NCBI GenBank assembly: GCA_965279565.1
Contig: OZ257249.1
Coordinates: 1,040,496 to 1,104,495 of the forward strand
From: Tagaea sp.
GTDB taxonomy: Bacteria > Pseudomonadota > Alphaproteobacteria > CACIAM-22H2
Direction of reading: 5' to 3'
DNA: 64,000 nt
The stretch's first letter is position 1, and each line of letters opens with the position of its first letter. The notes under the pieces are model-generated. The model did not search any database. It was not told where the DNA came from and saw only the letters and a list, made by a program, of their open reading frames with translations. Below are positions 50,791-60,071 of the stretch, piece after piece. Both the position numbers and the translations under genes were made by a program.

Positions 50791-52964
50791 GTCGCGGCAC
50801 CCGCCGCGCACCACTTCTTCCAGGCGGCGCGGTAGAAGCGCTCGAACTGGCGTGCCTTGGCGGGTGCCGCGCACAAAGTCGAATTCGCCACTCGCGCGCG
50901 CAGCGTTTCGCGCAGCACCGCCCGCCGCGGCGCGTCGTCGGCCAGACGCCGCGCAATCGCGAGATATTCCTCGGGCGAACTGGCGACGAGATCCTCGAGC
51001 TTCAGGCCCCTGAGCATCGCCGCCGTCCAGCGGCTCATCATGTTCCAGCCCGGCAGTGCCACGACCGGCACCCCCATGACCAGTGCGTCGAACGTCGTCG
51101 TCGAGCCTGAAAACGGGGACGTATCGAGGGCCACGTCGATCCCGTTGTACTGCTCCATGTGTTCGACGAACGAGCCGGCACTTGCGGGATAGTCGACGCG
51201 CGCCGGGTCCATGCCGTTGCGTTCGAAGGCGGCCGCTACCCGGGCCAGCAGCGACGGGACCTCGTACCAGTTCAGGTAACGCAGCAGGAGCCGGCTTTCC
51301 GGTACCTGCGCAAGCAGCAGCGCCCAAAGGTCGAGAGTCCGGTCCGAGACCTTGGACGGATTGTTGAGGCTACCGAACACGACCGGGCCCGCCGTGCGCG
51401 GCCGCACGGCCGGCAATCCTTCCGGAATCTCGGCGATGTAGAAGTGCGGCACACAAAGCACGCGCTCGGCGAATTTCTCCGCCGTGCCGCGCGGCGTCAT
51501 CGTCCGGTCGGAGATCAGGTAGTCCATCACTTCCATGCCGCTCGTCGCGGCGTCGTAGAGGCTGATCTGGATAGGTGCCGGCCGATGTGCGGCGACCAAT
51601 GGCCGGTTGAGGTCGAAGCGCCCGGCAAGGCAGACGAGGATGTCGATCCCGTCGGCCCGGATTCGGTCGGCCACGGCCCGGTCGTCGTGGCCGATGGTCG
51701 ATTGCCAGCCGTCGGCCGCCGCCTGGAACGCCGCCGTCGTCGCATCGGGTATTGCGACCTCGCCGTAGAAGTGGATCTCGAACCGGGAACGGTCGTGCGC
51801 ACGCACCAGCGGCAGCAGGTTGCGCGCCACCGAATGGCCGCGCAGATCGGCAGACAGGTAGCCGATCTTCAGCCGCCGTCCCAGATCGCGCGTGTTCGCG
51901 TGACGTACGGCCTGCCTGTAGAGCGGGCGCGCGTGCTTCGCCTCGAACCGTCGGTGCTCGGCGAAGAATTTCTCCGGATCGACCGACGGGTGATAGGTCA
52001 GCGACAGCAGGATGTTGCGGTGCGCATCGACATGACCCGGATCGGCCAGCAGCGCCTTCTCGAAGCATTCCAGCGCCTCGTCGATGCGGCCAAGATCGCG
52101 CAGCACGCTGCCGAGATTGCCCAACGCCACCGCGTGGCCGGGATCGAGTTCGAGCACGCGCCGGCAGGCGGCTTGCGCCTCGTCCAGCCGGCCGAGATCG
52201 CGCAGTGTCACGCCGATGCTCGACCACGTCTCGGCAAGGCCGGGATCGAGCTCGACCGCCTTGCGGTAGCTTGCCAGCGCGTCCTCGCGCCGCTGGAGCT
52301 GGCTGAGCGCGTTGCCGCGGTTGGACCAGGCGCGCGCGGAATCCGGATGCGCCGCGAGAACCCGGTCGAACTGCGCGAGTGCTTCTTCCTGCCGCTTCAG
52401 CTTCAGGTACGCGGCGCCGAGATTCGTCGCGATTTCCGCCATGCCGGGTGAGAGCGACAGCGCGCGCTCGAACGTCGCCGCGGCGCGCTCGAATGCGCCC
52501 TGCTCGAACAACGCGTTCCCGAGATTGAATACGTATTCGGCGTTGCCCGGATCGGCTTCGAGTACGGCCAGATAGTCCTGCTCGGCGTTCCGGAACTCGC
52601 CGAGGCCGAGATAGGCGTTGGCCCTGTTCACGAGAGTCGCGACCGAGCCCGGCTGCATCTGCAGCGCCTTGTTGCAGGCGTGGACGGCCTTGCGGTGATG
52701 GCCGAGCCTGACGAGCGCGAAGGCGAGATTGGACAGCGCCATCGGCTGGCGCGGGGCGCGTTCCAGCGACTTGTTGATCCAGTCGATCGCCGCCTTGAAG
52801 TTCCCGGTCTGCAGAAAAACGATGCCCAGATGGTGGAGGGCATCGGGGTTCTTCGGATCGAGCTTCAGGATTTCGTGGTACCCGGCCTTCGCGGCGTCGA
52901 GCCGGCCCGCCTGGTGGTTCGCCAGGGCGGCCCGGAACAGCGAGGTCTCGTCGGCCTTCGCCAT
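50787..52964 (-). CDS. TPR-repeat protein with a C-terminal GT41 (O-GlcNAc-transferase-like) domain.
   Basis: About nine N-terminal TPR units ([26 protein letters not shown]...). The C-terminal roughly 350 aa show the OGT-like pattern ([21 protein letters not shown]...[24 protein letters not shown]). Confidence 0.7.
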
Positions 52965-54566
52965 TCAGACGCGCAGCAGCCAGAACTGGTAGCCGCCGAA
53001 CAGCGACGGGTCGGCCTTCTCGACGGCTTCCCAGTTCGCGAGATCGGCGAACGTCTTTTCCTTCGGGAAGCGTTTCGCGTAGGCGCGTGTCGCGGGCACG
53101 TCGTCGGTGCGCCGCGCGGCCTGGCCGAGGCCGAAATCGAAGCCGAGGAAGCGCAGCGGCAACCCGTCGATCAGGCGGCGGATGCCCGCGATGTCGTAGC
53201 GATGCTCCATCACGTGGAAGCACAGATCGCGCAGCAGGCTGGCACTGTGGAAATCCGACCAGTGCGGCAGCTCGGTCTGCAGACGCTTGCCGAGCGCACC
53301 CGACTGCACGTCGGCACGGAAGGCGCGCAGGCCGGTAAGATCCGACGCGTAGCCGCGCGCGGCGATGGCCGCCCTCGCTTCGACCACGGCGGCGCGGCCG
53401 TGCTCGCCATAGAGCCCGAGGCGCATGAAGCTGCCGGGCACGCTCACCGCGACCAGCGCTTCGAGACCGGCGCGCGGATTCTCCATGTGATGCAGCACGC
53501 CGATCGATTCGACATGGCCCCAGCTTGCGCCGAGCTTCGGCAGGTCGAGGATGTCGGCCTGCGCGAAATGGATGTTCGGCACGCCGATCGTCTCGGCCTT
53601 GACGAGCCCGTAGGCGAGCGAGGCGCGCGACAGGTCGACCGCCTCGACCTGCACGTCGGCATAGTTGGCCGCGACCGTCAGCGGGTGCTGGCCCGTACCC
53701 GCACCCGGCATCAGCACGCGCAGCGGGCTGGTGAAGGCGGGGAAGGGGCCGGCGAATTCGAAGCGGCGGGAAAGCTCCGCGCGGATGTCGAAGGGCACGA
53801 TGCGCCGCAGGTTGAGCCAGCGCGGATAGGGGTTCGTCTCGTACATCGCCCCCACCGCGAGGCTCGTGCGGTCGATGATCGAGATGAGCGTGGGGATGCG
53901 CGATTGCGCCGCGCGCACGTTCTCGGGCGCCGTGATCGTCGCCGCGACAAGGCCGGCAAGCTCGGGGAACATGCCGGCATCCGCGTCGAGCGGGGCGAAC
54001 ATCGCGCGGCGCGCAAGCCCGAATGCATCGCGGGGCAGGTCGGCGGCCGAATCGTCGGCCGTCTGCGGCCAGATGAATTCGTTGTTGTCGGCCTGCAGGG
54101 CGAGAGCGAGGACAAGCGGCATGGCGCCGACCGGCATGTCGGGCGCGCAGAGTGCCCGGCGCGCCTTGCACATGAACGCCTCGAAGACCGGGTCGCGCAC
54201 GATGCAGCATACGAGCGTGGCCAGCATCAGCCCGTCGCGCGCCATCGCGAGCAGCAGGTCGCGCGCCGGCGTCTGCTGGGGATCGTCCATCCGGTACTTG
54301 CGCACGAGCTGGGCGGTCGCGCTCTGCGACAGCGCCTCGGTGTTCGCGCCGGGGGCCGCGAGGGCCGCCTCGATCAGCCCGGCCAGGCGCGGATGGAAGG
54401 ACGGCGTGCGCGCCATCTCGAGGATCGAGACGAGCCCGTCGAGTGCATCAAGCTGCTGCGGGTCGGCGGAAAGGATGGCCGCGTAGGCGCCCAGCGCCCC
54501 GTCGAGGTCGCGTGCCGCGTGCAGGCGCCTTGCCTTGGCAAGCGCTTCGTCGATTTTCTGATCCAT
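52965..54566 (-). CDS. Class I SAM-dependent methyltransferase with a roughly 230 aa TPR-like/helical N-terminal extension.
   Basis: Motif I LRVLMPGAGTGQH and motif post-I VQVEAVDLS. Its TGA stop is immediately followed, with no spacer, by the ATG of the OGT-like gene. Confidence 0.65.
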   Translation of the reverse strand: MDQKIDEALAKARRLHAARDLDGALGAYAAILSADPQQLDALDGLVSILEMARTPSFHPRLAGLIEAALAAPGANTEALSQSATAQLVRKYRMDDPQQTPARDLLLAMARDGLMLATLVCCIVRDPVFEAFMCKARRALCAPDMPVGAMPLVLALALQADNNEFIWPQTADDSAADLPRDAFGLARRAMFAPLDADAGMFPELAGLVAATITAPENVRAAQSRIPTLISIIDRTSLAVGAMYETNPYPRWLNLRRIVPFDIRAELSRRFEFAGPFPAFTSPLRVLMPGAGTGQHPLTVAANYADVQVEAVDLSRASLAYGLVKAETIGVPNIHFAQADILDLPKLGASWGHVESIGVLHHMENPRAGLEALVAVSVPGSFMRLGLYGEHGRAAVVEARAAIAARGYASDLTGLRAFRADVQSGALGKRLQTELPHWSDFHSASLLRDLCFHVMEHRYDIAGIRRLIDGLPLRFLGFDFGLGQAARRTDDVPATRAYAKRFPKEKTFADLANWEAVEKADPSLFGGYQFWLLRV

Positions 54567-54602
54567 CGCGCGCACGCTTAGCAAACTGCTATCATCGGCG
54601 CC

Positions 54603-55634
54603 ATGAAGATCGACGGGCGTGGAATCGCCGGATTCATCAAGCGGCCGGACCCGGCCGCCCGCGTGGTGCTGGTCTTCGGCCCCGACGCCGGCCTCGTGCG
54701 CGAGCGCGCCGAGGCGATCGCGCGTACGGCCGTGCCCGATCTCGCCGACCCGTTCGCGGTGGCCGAACTCTCGCCCGACACGCTGAAGGACGATCCGGCC
54801 CGCCTGTCCGACGAGGCGGCCGCCATCCCGATGCTGGGCGGCCGACGGCTGGTCCGCGTGCGCGGGGCGGGTACGGAATCGCTCGCCGCGGTCAAGAACC
54901 TGCTCGACGATCCCAAGGGCGACGGGCTGGTCGTGATCGAGGCTGGCGAACTTGAAAGCAAGTCCGCCCTGCGCAAGCTGTGCGAGGCGGCCGACAACGC
55001 CGCGGCGATCGCCTGCTATCGCGACGAGGGGGCCGATCTTTCGCGCACGATCGCCGACAGCCTCGCCGCATCCGGCATTTCCGCCGATTCCGACGCGCTC
55101 GAATGGCTGGCGATGCGCCTTGGCGGCGACCGCGCGATCACGCGCAGCGAGATCGAGAAGCTGTCGCTCTATGTCGGGGCCGGCAAGCGCGCCAGTGTGG
55201 AGGACTGCATCGCGATCATCGGCGATTCCGCCGACATCGATCTCGACGACGTCATCCGCGCCACGGCCGGCGGCGACATGACGTCGCTCGACCGCGCCTA
55301 TTCGCGCGTGTCGGCCGAGGGCGACAGCTCGATCGGCGTGCTGCGCATGGTGTCGCGCCATTTCCAGCGCCTGCAGATGGCGCAGGGCGAGATGGCGCGC
55401 GGCCTCGATGCCGACGCCGCGATGGGCAAGCTGCGCCCGCCGGTCTTCTGGAAGGAAAAGGCGCCGTTCAAGACCCAGCTTGCCCGCTGGCCGCTGCCGC
55501 GCCTGACCGCCGCGCTGGAACGGCTGCTGGAGGCCGAGATCCAGTGCAAGTCGTCGGGCATGCCGGCCGAGCTGGTCGCCCAGCGCTGCCTGATGGCGCT
55601 GGCCCAGATGGCCGCCCAGGCCGCCCGCCGTTAG
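54603..55634 (+). CDS. holA: DNA polymerase III subunit delta.
   Basis: ARVVLVFGPDAGLVRERAEAIAR...ELESKSALRKL is the HolA family pattern, in the usual leuS-downstream neighbourhood. Confidence 0.8.
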   Translation: MKIDGRGIAGFIKRPDPAARVVLVFGPDAGLVRERAEAIARTAVPDLADPFAVAELSPDTLKDDPARLSDEAAAIPMLGGRRLVRVRGAGTESLAAVKNLLDDPKGDGLVVIEAGELESKSALRKLCEAADNAAAIACYRDEGADLSRTIADSLAASGISADSDALEWLAMRLGGDRAITRSEIEKLSLYVGAGKRASVEDCIAIIGDSADIDLDDVIRATAGGDMTSLDRAYSRVSAEGDSSIGVLRMVSRHFQRLQMAQGEMARGLDADAAMGKLRPPVFWKEKAPFKTQLARWPLPRLTAALERLLEAEIQCKSSGMPAELVAQRCLMALAQMAAQAARR

Positions 55635-55691
55635 GAATTAACGGCAAATTTAGCGAAATCTTTACGTTTTGGCCTTTATGCTCGTCGAATC

Positions 55692-56618
55692 ATGAGCATC
55701 GGGCCGTTTCGAGCCGTCGGACAGATCGACAATGTACCGCGCGGCGCCTCGCGCGAGGTGGTCGACGCGATCCGCGACGCCAGCCAGCGCAGCGGCGTCG
55801 ACTTCAAGTACATGCTCGCCAAGGCCCAGACCGAATCGAGCTTCGATCCGCGCGCCAAGGCGCGCACCTCGTCGGCCTCGGGCCTCTACCAGTTCATCGA
55901 GAGCACGTGGCTCAACACCGTGCGCCAGCATGGTGCGAAACACGGGCTTGGCGACGCCGCCGCCCAGATCGAGGACGATTTCGCCGGCAATCCGCGCGTG
56001 CGCGATCCGGCCACGCGCCGCTCGATCCTCGACATGCGCTTCGATCCGAAGACCGCCAGTGCCATGGCCGCGGAGTTCGCCAAGTCGAACCACGCGCAGC
56101 TCGAGAACGCGCTGGGCTCCGGCGTCAACTCGACCGATCTCTATCTCGCGCACTTCCTGGGGGCGGGTGGGGCCACGCGTTTCCTCGCGAGCCACCGCAA
56201 CGATCCGCAGCGCGTCGCGGCCGCACAGTTCCCCGAAGCCGCCGCCGCCAATCGCGGCGTGTTCTACGATCCGCAGTCGGGCCGTGCCCGCACGCTCGGG
56301 CAGGTCTACGATTTCTTCGCGAAGAAGATGACCGGCGAGATCGCCACGGTCGACGCGACGACGGCCGAAGAGCTGCCGGCAGCACCCGCGATGGGCCCGC
56401 GCAAGACGAAGCCCGAGCTGCCGGCGCAGCTCCAGGCGCTCGCCGCACAGTTCGGTCTCAAGGGCGCTTCGCTGAAGCCCGAAACCATCATGGCCATGGC
56501 GCTTCTGGCCGAGCCGCTCGTCGCCTCGGTGCGCGGCGGCAACTCGCTGTTCGATCAAGGCGGCAAAGCAAGCCGCGTGGGTGCGGGCAAGGTGTTCAAC
56601 CCGGATATCGGAATCTAG
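55692..56618 (+). CDS. Lytic transglycosylase (SLT-domain) family protein.
   Basis: LAKAQTESSFDPRAKARTSSASGLYQFIESTW is the SLT catalytic-Glu / GLMQ-like motif. The C-terminal half is low complexity. Confidence 0.7.
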   Translation: MSIGPFRAVGQIDNVPRGASREVVDAIRDASQRSGVDFKYMLAKAQTESSFDPRAKARTSSASGLYQFIESTWLNTVRQHGAKHGLGDAAAQIEDDFAGNPRVRDPATRRSILDMRFDPKTASAMAAEFAKSNHAQLENALGSGVNSTDLYLAHFLGAGGATRFLASHRNDPQRVAAAQFPEAAAANRGVFYDPQSGRARTLGQVYDFFAKKMTGEIATVDATTAEELPAAPAMGPRKTKPELPAQLQALAAQFGLKGASLKPETIMAMALLAEPLVASVRGGNSLFDQGGKASRVGAGKVFNPDIGI

Positions 56619-56668
56619 GCCGCTATCCGAGCCGACGTCTGTCCGCCCGAAAAGTGGGGGAGACGATC

Positions 56669-56908
56669 ATGAGCGTATCCTGTGCCGTAGGCGCCTGGGC
56701 GATGATGGCCCTTGCGATGGACAAGGCGGACGAAATGAAGTTCGCCTGCTACCCGGACCGCAAGACCTGCGTGGAAATGATGGAAGGCCTCGCGCGGCGC
56801 ACCAAGCGCGGCTTCGACAACGGCGTCGTCGGCTGCCGCTTCGAGCGCGACGCGGTCGTGGGATCGGCGAAACTGCCGGAGACGGCGGGGATCACGCAAC
56901 AGCGTTGA
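56669..56908 (+). CDS. Small hypothetical Cys-containing protein (79 aa).
   Basis: GGGGGAG lies 8 nt upstream of the ATG, and the ORF ends the long same-frame read-through ORF. Four Cys residues (CAVGAW...CYPDRKTCVEMMEG...GCRF). Confidence 0.35.
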   Translation: MSVSCAVGAWAMMALAMDKADEMKFACYPDRKTCVEMMEGLARRTKRGFDNGVVGCRFERDAVVGSAKLPETAGITQQR

Positions 56909-56949
56909 TCGCCGGTTGACTTGCGCTACTTCAACTAACTAGCGGCGCG

Positions 56950-57648
56950 CTATTCAATCTTTGCGCTTTTTTGAAGATTGTGGCGCACACACAAGAGCTG
57001 AACATTCTCTGCCGTTAGAGACGTGCCGCCGCGCGAGTAGGGCACAACGTGATCAAAGTGGAGTTCATCGCTTGCGCCGCACTTCGTGCAGCGTCCTTGG
57101 TCTCGCTTCCAAACTTCTAGCTTTACCGAAGCCGGGATTATGCGTTGTCGCGATATCGCAAGTTTCCTGGTTTCAACTGCACCCAAGCGCTGATCTTCGG
57201 CTTCAACGGCAACTAACTTAAACTTAAATACAGAGCGCTTATCGACTTGTTCTTGCCAAACATCGACTAGCCGGAAATAGCCGTTATCGCTCCAGATTCC
57301 GCCGCGGATTTTTTCATAGACGCGAACTAAATCCGCGTCCTTCTCACTTGCTTTGTATTTCCGCGCGGCAGCGGCGAATTTGCCATTCTCTGTCGGCTTG
57401 CCTGACGGAAGGAACTCGGGCTGATCGACGAGCTTTGGATGGGGCGCACCCTTTCGCCGCGCCATGTCATGGCCTTCGTAAACAAGGACTAGCCCATCAT
57501 CTTCGATTCGATCGGCATAGGGGGCGTCAGGTCTCAGTGACATTAGAATCACGGAGTGGCGACCATTGAGCCGAAAATTCATTCCGCGCTGAAGGCTAAC
57601 GCCTTCAATTTGGCACATCTCAATGTAGCTAATTACTTGGCCGCGCAA
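56950..57648 (-). CDS. HNH endonuclease-domain protein with an uncharacterised N-terminal domain, encoded in a low-GC islet. The probable TTG start at 57648 is preceded by GAGGA; an alternative ATG lies at 57618.
   Basis: C-terminal HNH motif CTKCGASDELHFDHVVPYSRGGTSLTAENVQLLCVRHNLQK (CxxC...HxDH...N...HN). Local GC is about 50% against about 70% in the flanks, with rare codons (TTA, CTA, ATA). Confidence 0.7.
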   Translation of the reverse strand: MRGQVISYIEMCQIEGVSLQRGMNFRLNGRHSVILMSLRPDAPYADRIEDDGLVLVYEGHDMARRKGAPHPKLVDQPEFLPSGKPTENGKFAAAARKYKASEKDADLVRVYEKIRGGIWSDNGYFRLVDVWQEQVDKRSVFKFKLVAVEAEDQRLGAVETRKLAISRQRIIPASVKLEVWKRDQGRCTKCGASDELHFDHVVPYSRGGTSLTAENVQLLCVRHNLQKSAKIE

Positions 57649-57741
57649 ATTCGATCCTCAAGAATGCAGAAGCATCATGAGGAACTGAATACATCTGTAG
57701 GTAAAACTTCAATTGGAATTTAGTGAGTCGACCTAGTTAAC

Positions 57742-58635
57742 TCACTTTATTGCTGCCAGCTCCGCCTCCAGCGCGATCACGTGCGCGATCAGCTCGTCGG
57801 CGACGCGCAGCTGGTAGTCGTCGAAGGCGCCGGCGGGGGCGCGCAGGTCGGGCGTGGGATAGATGCCCTGGCGCCAGAGCAGGCGCTTGAAGAACAGGAT
57901 CGATGTCTCGAGGCTCTGGTTCGAGAAGGCGAGGACCGGCAGCAGCCGGCGGAACAGCGCGATGGCGCCGTCGCGGTCGCCGGCCGCGTAAAGCTTCAGG
58001 ATCGCGACATAGACGATGTTGAACGCCGTCGGCATGAACGCGTCGACGTCGCGGTCGAGTGCTTCGATCAGCTGCATGACCGCCCAGCCGCCCGACACGT
58101 GCGCCCGGCCGCCGGTCGCCTGCTTCAGCGCCGTGTATTTGTGGCCGGCATTCGCCGTCTCGATCTTCAGATAGCGGAACGCGTCGACCGCCTCGAACGC
58201 GGCGAGGATCGCCGGCAGCGGTGCGCCCGATCCGCTCGCGTCCCAGTCCTGGACCATGACCGGCTTTCCGGCCGCGCGCGCCACGCCGGCGATATCGGCG
58301 ACGTATTGCGCCTGCGATTCGTACGGCATGTTCACCAGCACGATATCGCAGCCCAGTTCGGCGAGCCGGCCGGCATGGCGGCAGCGTTCGTCCTGCGTGG
58401 GTGCAGATGCGCCGCCGACCACCGACGCGCGGCCGCCGGCCGTGGCCACGACCGTGCGCACGATCGCGTCGCGTTCGTCGGGCTGCAGCTTCTGCACCTC
58501 GGCCGCGAGGGCCGGCACGAGGAAACCGACCACGCCCGCGTCGAGGGCGACCTGAACGTGGCGTTCGAGGCCCGCGAGCGCCACGCTGCCGTCGGCAGCG
58601 AAAGGCGTGTTGAGCGACGTGACGATTCCCTTCAC
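57742..58635 (-). CDS. Dihydrodipicolinate synthase/N-acetylneuraminate-lyase family (DapA-like) class I aldolase.
   Basis: MKGIVTSLNTPFAADGSVALAGLERHV is the TPF motif of the DapA/NAL family. A candidate Schiff-base lysine sits in FRYLKIE. Confidence 0.7.
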   Translation of the reverse strand: MKGIVTSLNTPFAADGSVALAGLERHVQVALDAGVVGFLVPALAAEVQKLQPDERDAIVRTVVATAGGRASVVGGASAPTQDERCRHAGRLAELGCDIVLVNMPYESQAQYVADIAGVARAAGKPVMVQDWDASGSGAPLPAILAAFEAVDAFRYLKIETANAGHKYTALKQATGGRAHVSGGWAVMQLIEALDRDVDAFMPTAFNIVYVAILKLYAAGDRDGAIALFRRLLPVLAFSNQSLETSILFFKRLLWRQGIYPTPDLRAPAGAFDDYQLRVADELIAHVIALEAELAAIK

Positions 58636-59075
58636 GGCGTTTCTTTCGCGGGCGGCAGGGCTTTCGCCATGCGCGCGACGGCGTCGGCGAGCCGGTCGAC
58701 CGCGATCGGCTTGGCGAAGGTGCCGAGAAGATCGAGGCCGTAGGCCATCGTCAGCTTCGTCGCGGCCTCGCGCACGGTCTCGTCCGCACCCGACAGGATC
58801 AGCACGGAACCGCGGAAACGGCGCTGCGCCACCGCGCGCAGGAACTCGATCCCGTCCATGTCGGGCATGTTAAGATCGCACACGAGCAGTACGGGTGCAT
58901 CGCCCAGATCCGAGACGGTGCGCAGCGCCAGCGGGGCGGACAGGCAGCTATGGACGCGCCCGATGCCGATCCGGCCGAGGGCCTTTTCCATGAAGCGGAG
59001 CGCGAACGAATCGTCGTCGACGACCACGGCGGTGATGGCCGAAAGCCCGGCGGCGTCCGGTCGTGCGTTGTCCAA
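58632..59075 (-). CDS. Single-domain response-regulator receiver protein (CheY-like).
   Basis: VVVDDDSFALRFMEKAL..LLVCDLNMPDMDGIEF...ILSGAD...FAKPI gives a complete acidic pocket, phospho-Asp, T/S and Lys positions. Confidence 0.75.
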   Translation of the reverse strand: MDNARPDAAGLSAITAVVVDDDSFALRFMEKALGRIGIGRVHSCLSAPLALRTVSDLGDAPVLLVCDLNMPDMDGIEFLRAVAQRRFRGSVLILSGADETVREAATKLTMAYGLDLLGTFAKPIAVDRLADAVARMAKALPPAKETP

Positions 59076-59156
59076 GCCTCACCCATCGGCGGAATGCGTA
59101 CGGCGCATTCTACGACGGACCGGGCGTCGGAAAACCCGAATTTAGTGCGCGGCGTG

Positions 59157-59807
59157 CTACTCGCCGACGCCGACCACGTCGACGAGACCTTCGCGGATCG
59201 CGTCGGCCAGCGCGTCCATGCCCTTGGAGAGTTCCTCGTGCGCGCGGCGCAGGGCGGAAAGCTCCTCGACATTCGCGCGGCCGACCGGCGAGCGGTTGGC
59301 GCCGAGATCGACGATGCAGGCGAGATAGCGCGCGCGGGCGCGCGCGGAATGCTGGATGGCCTGCTCGACCTCGCGCGTGCGCACGCGCGTGACGATCTCG
59401 CCGACCGCCTTGGCCTCTTCGGTCTTCGCGAGATGTTCGATGGTCTTCAGGAATCGGCCACGGCTCATCGGCTCCATCGCGTCGGGCATGCGGCGCGCGG
59501 GCACCTGCGGCTTGGGCTGGACCTGTGCCGAACCGCCGGCGGGGGCGGCCCCGCGCGGAACGAGGTTGGTCGACGCGACGGCAAGCTGCGGGCGGGCGGT
59601 GGCCGGGCGGGGTGCCGGGGCCACGGGTGCGGGAGCGGGTGCCGCCGACGTCACGGGCACCAGGCGCGGCTCGATCCGGCTGCCCTCGGTTCCGGAGAAC
59701 AGCGAGCGGCGGGCGGGCTGTGCCTGTGCCGCTTCGGGCTGGTTCTGGGACGCGAGGTTGAACAGGCCCTTGTGGGACGGCAGGTCGGCGGTGGCGGCTT
59801 GCGACAT
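59157..59807 (-). CDS. Hypothetical protein: PA-rich N-terminal half, helical C-terminal domain.
   Basis: An internal Met (MSQAATADLP...) heads a coding-like frame. The C-terminal roughly 90 aa is a charged helical domain (GRFLKTIEHLAKTEEAKAVGEIVTRVRTREVEQAI). No recognised family. Confidence 0.4.
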   Translation of the reverse strand: MSQAATADLPSHKGLFNLASQNQPEAAQAQPARRSLFSGTEGSRIEPRLVPVTSAAPAPAPVAPAPRPATARPQLAVASTNLVPRGAAPAGGSAQVQPKPQVPARRMPDAMEPMSRGRFLKTIEHLAKTEEAKAVGEIVTRVRTREVEQAIQHSARARARYLACIVDLGANRSPVGRANVEELSALRRAHEELSKGMDALADAIREGLVDVVGVGE

Positions 59808-60071
59808 GGTGCTCGGCTCCGGAACGCGTTGAGGTTCTTCTCCGGAATCCTTCGCAAGCCGCGCGCCAACCTTGAAATCGATCAATTTCAATCGGTTAGA
59901 TACGTTCCGGATCGCCCGATGCCCGGCAGAAACGGTCCCGGGCGGCATTAACTGCCGGGCCCCGGTGATGCCGGTCACTGACGCGGCCGGTCGCACGCTG
60001 TTACACGCGCTTCCTTGAGATGCAACTTCCGGCACTCAATAGTCGGCCCCACAAACTTACCCCCCGAATCC

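Noticed and set aside
56930-56980. GC stem plus TTTTTT that looked like a plus-strand terminator after the small Cys-protein gene.
   Set aside because: The T-run lies inside the HNH gene coding sequence (it encodes ...QKSAK on the other strand), and the stem is weak. I did not call it as a terminator.
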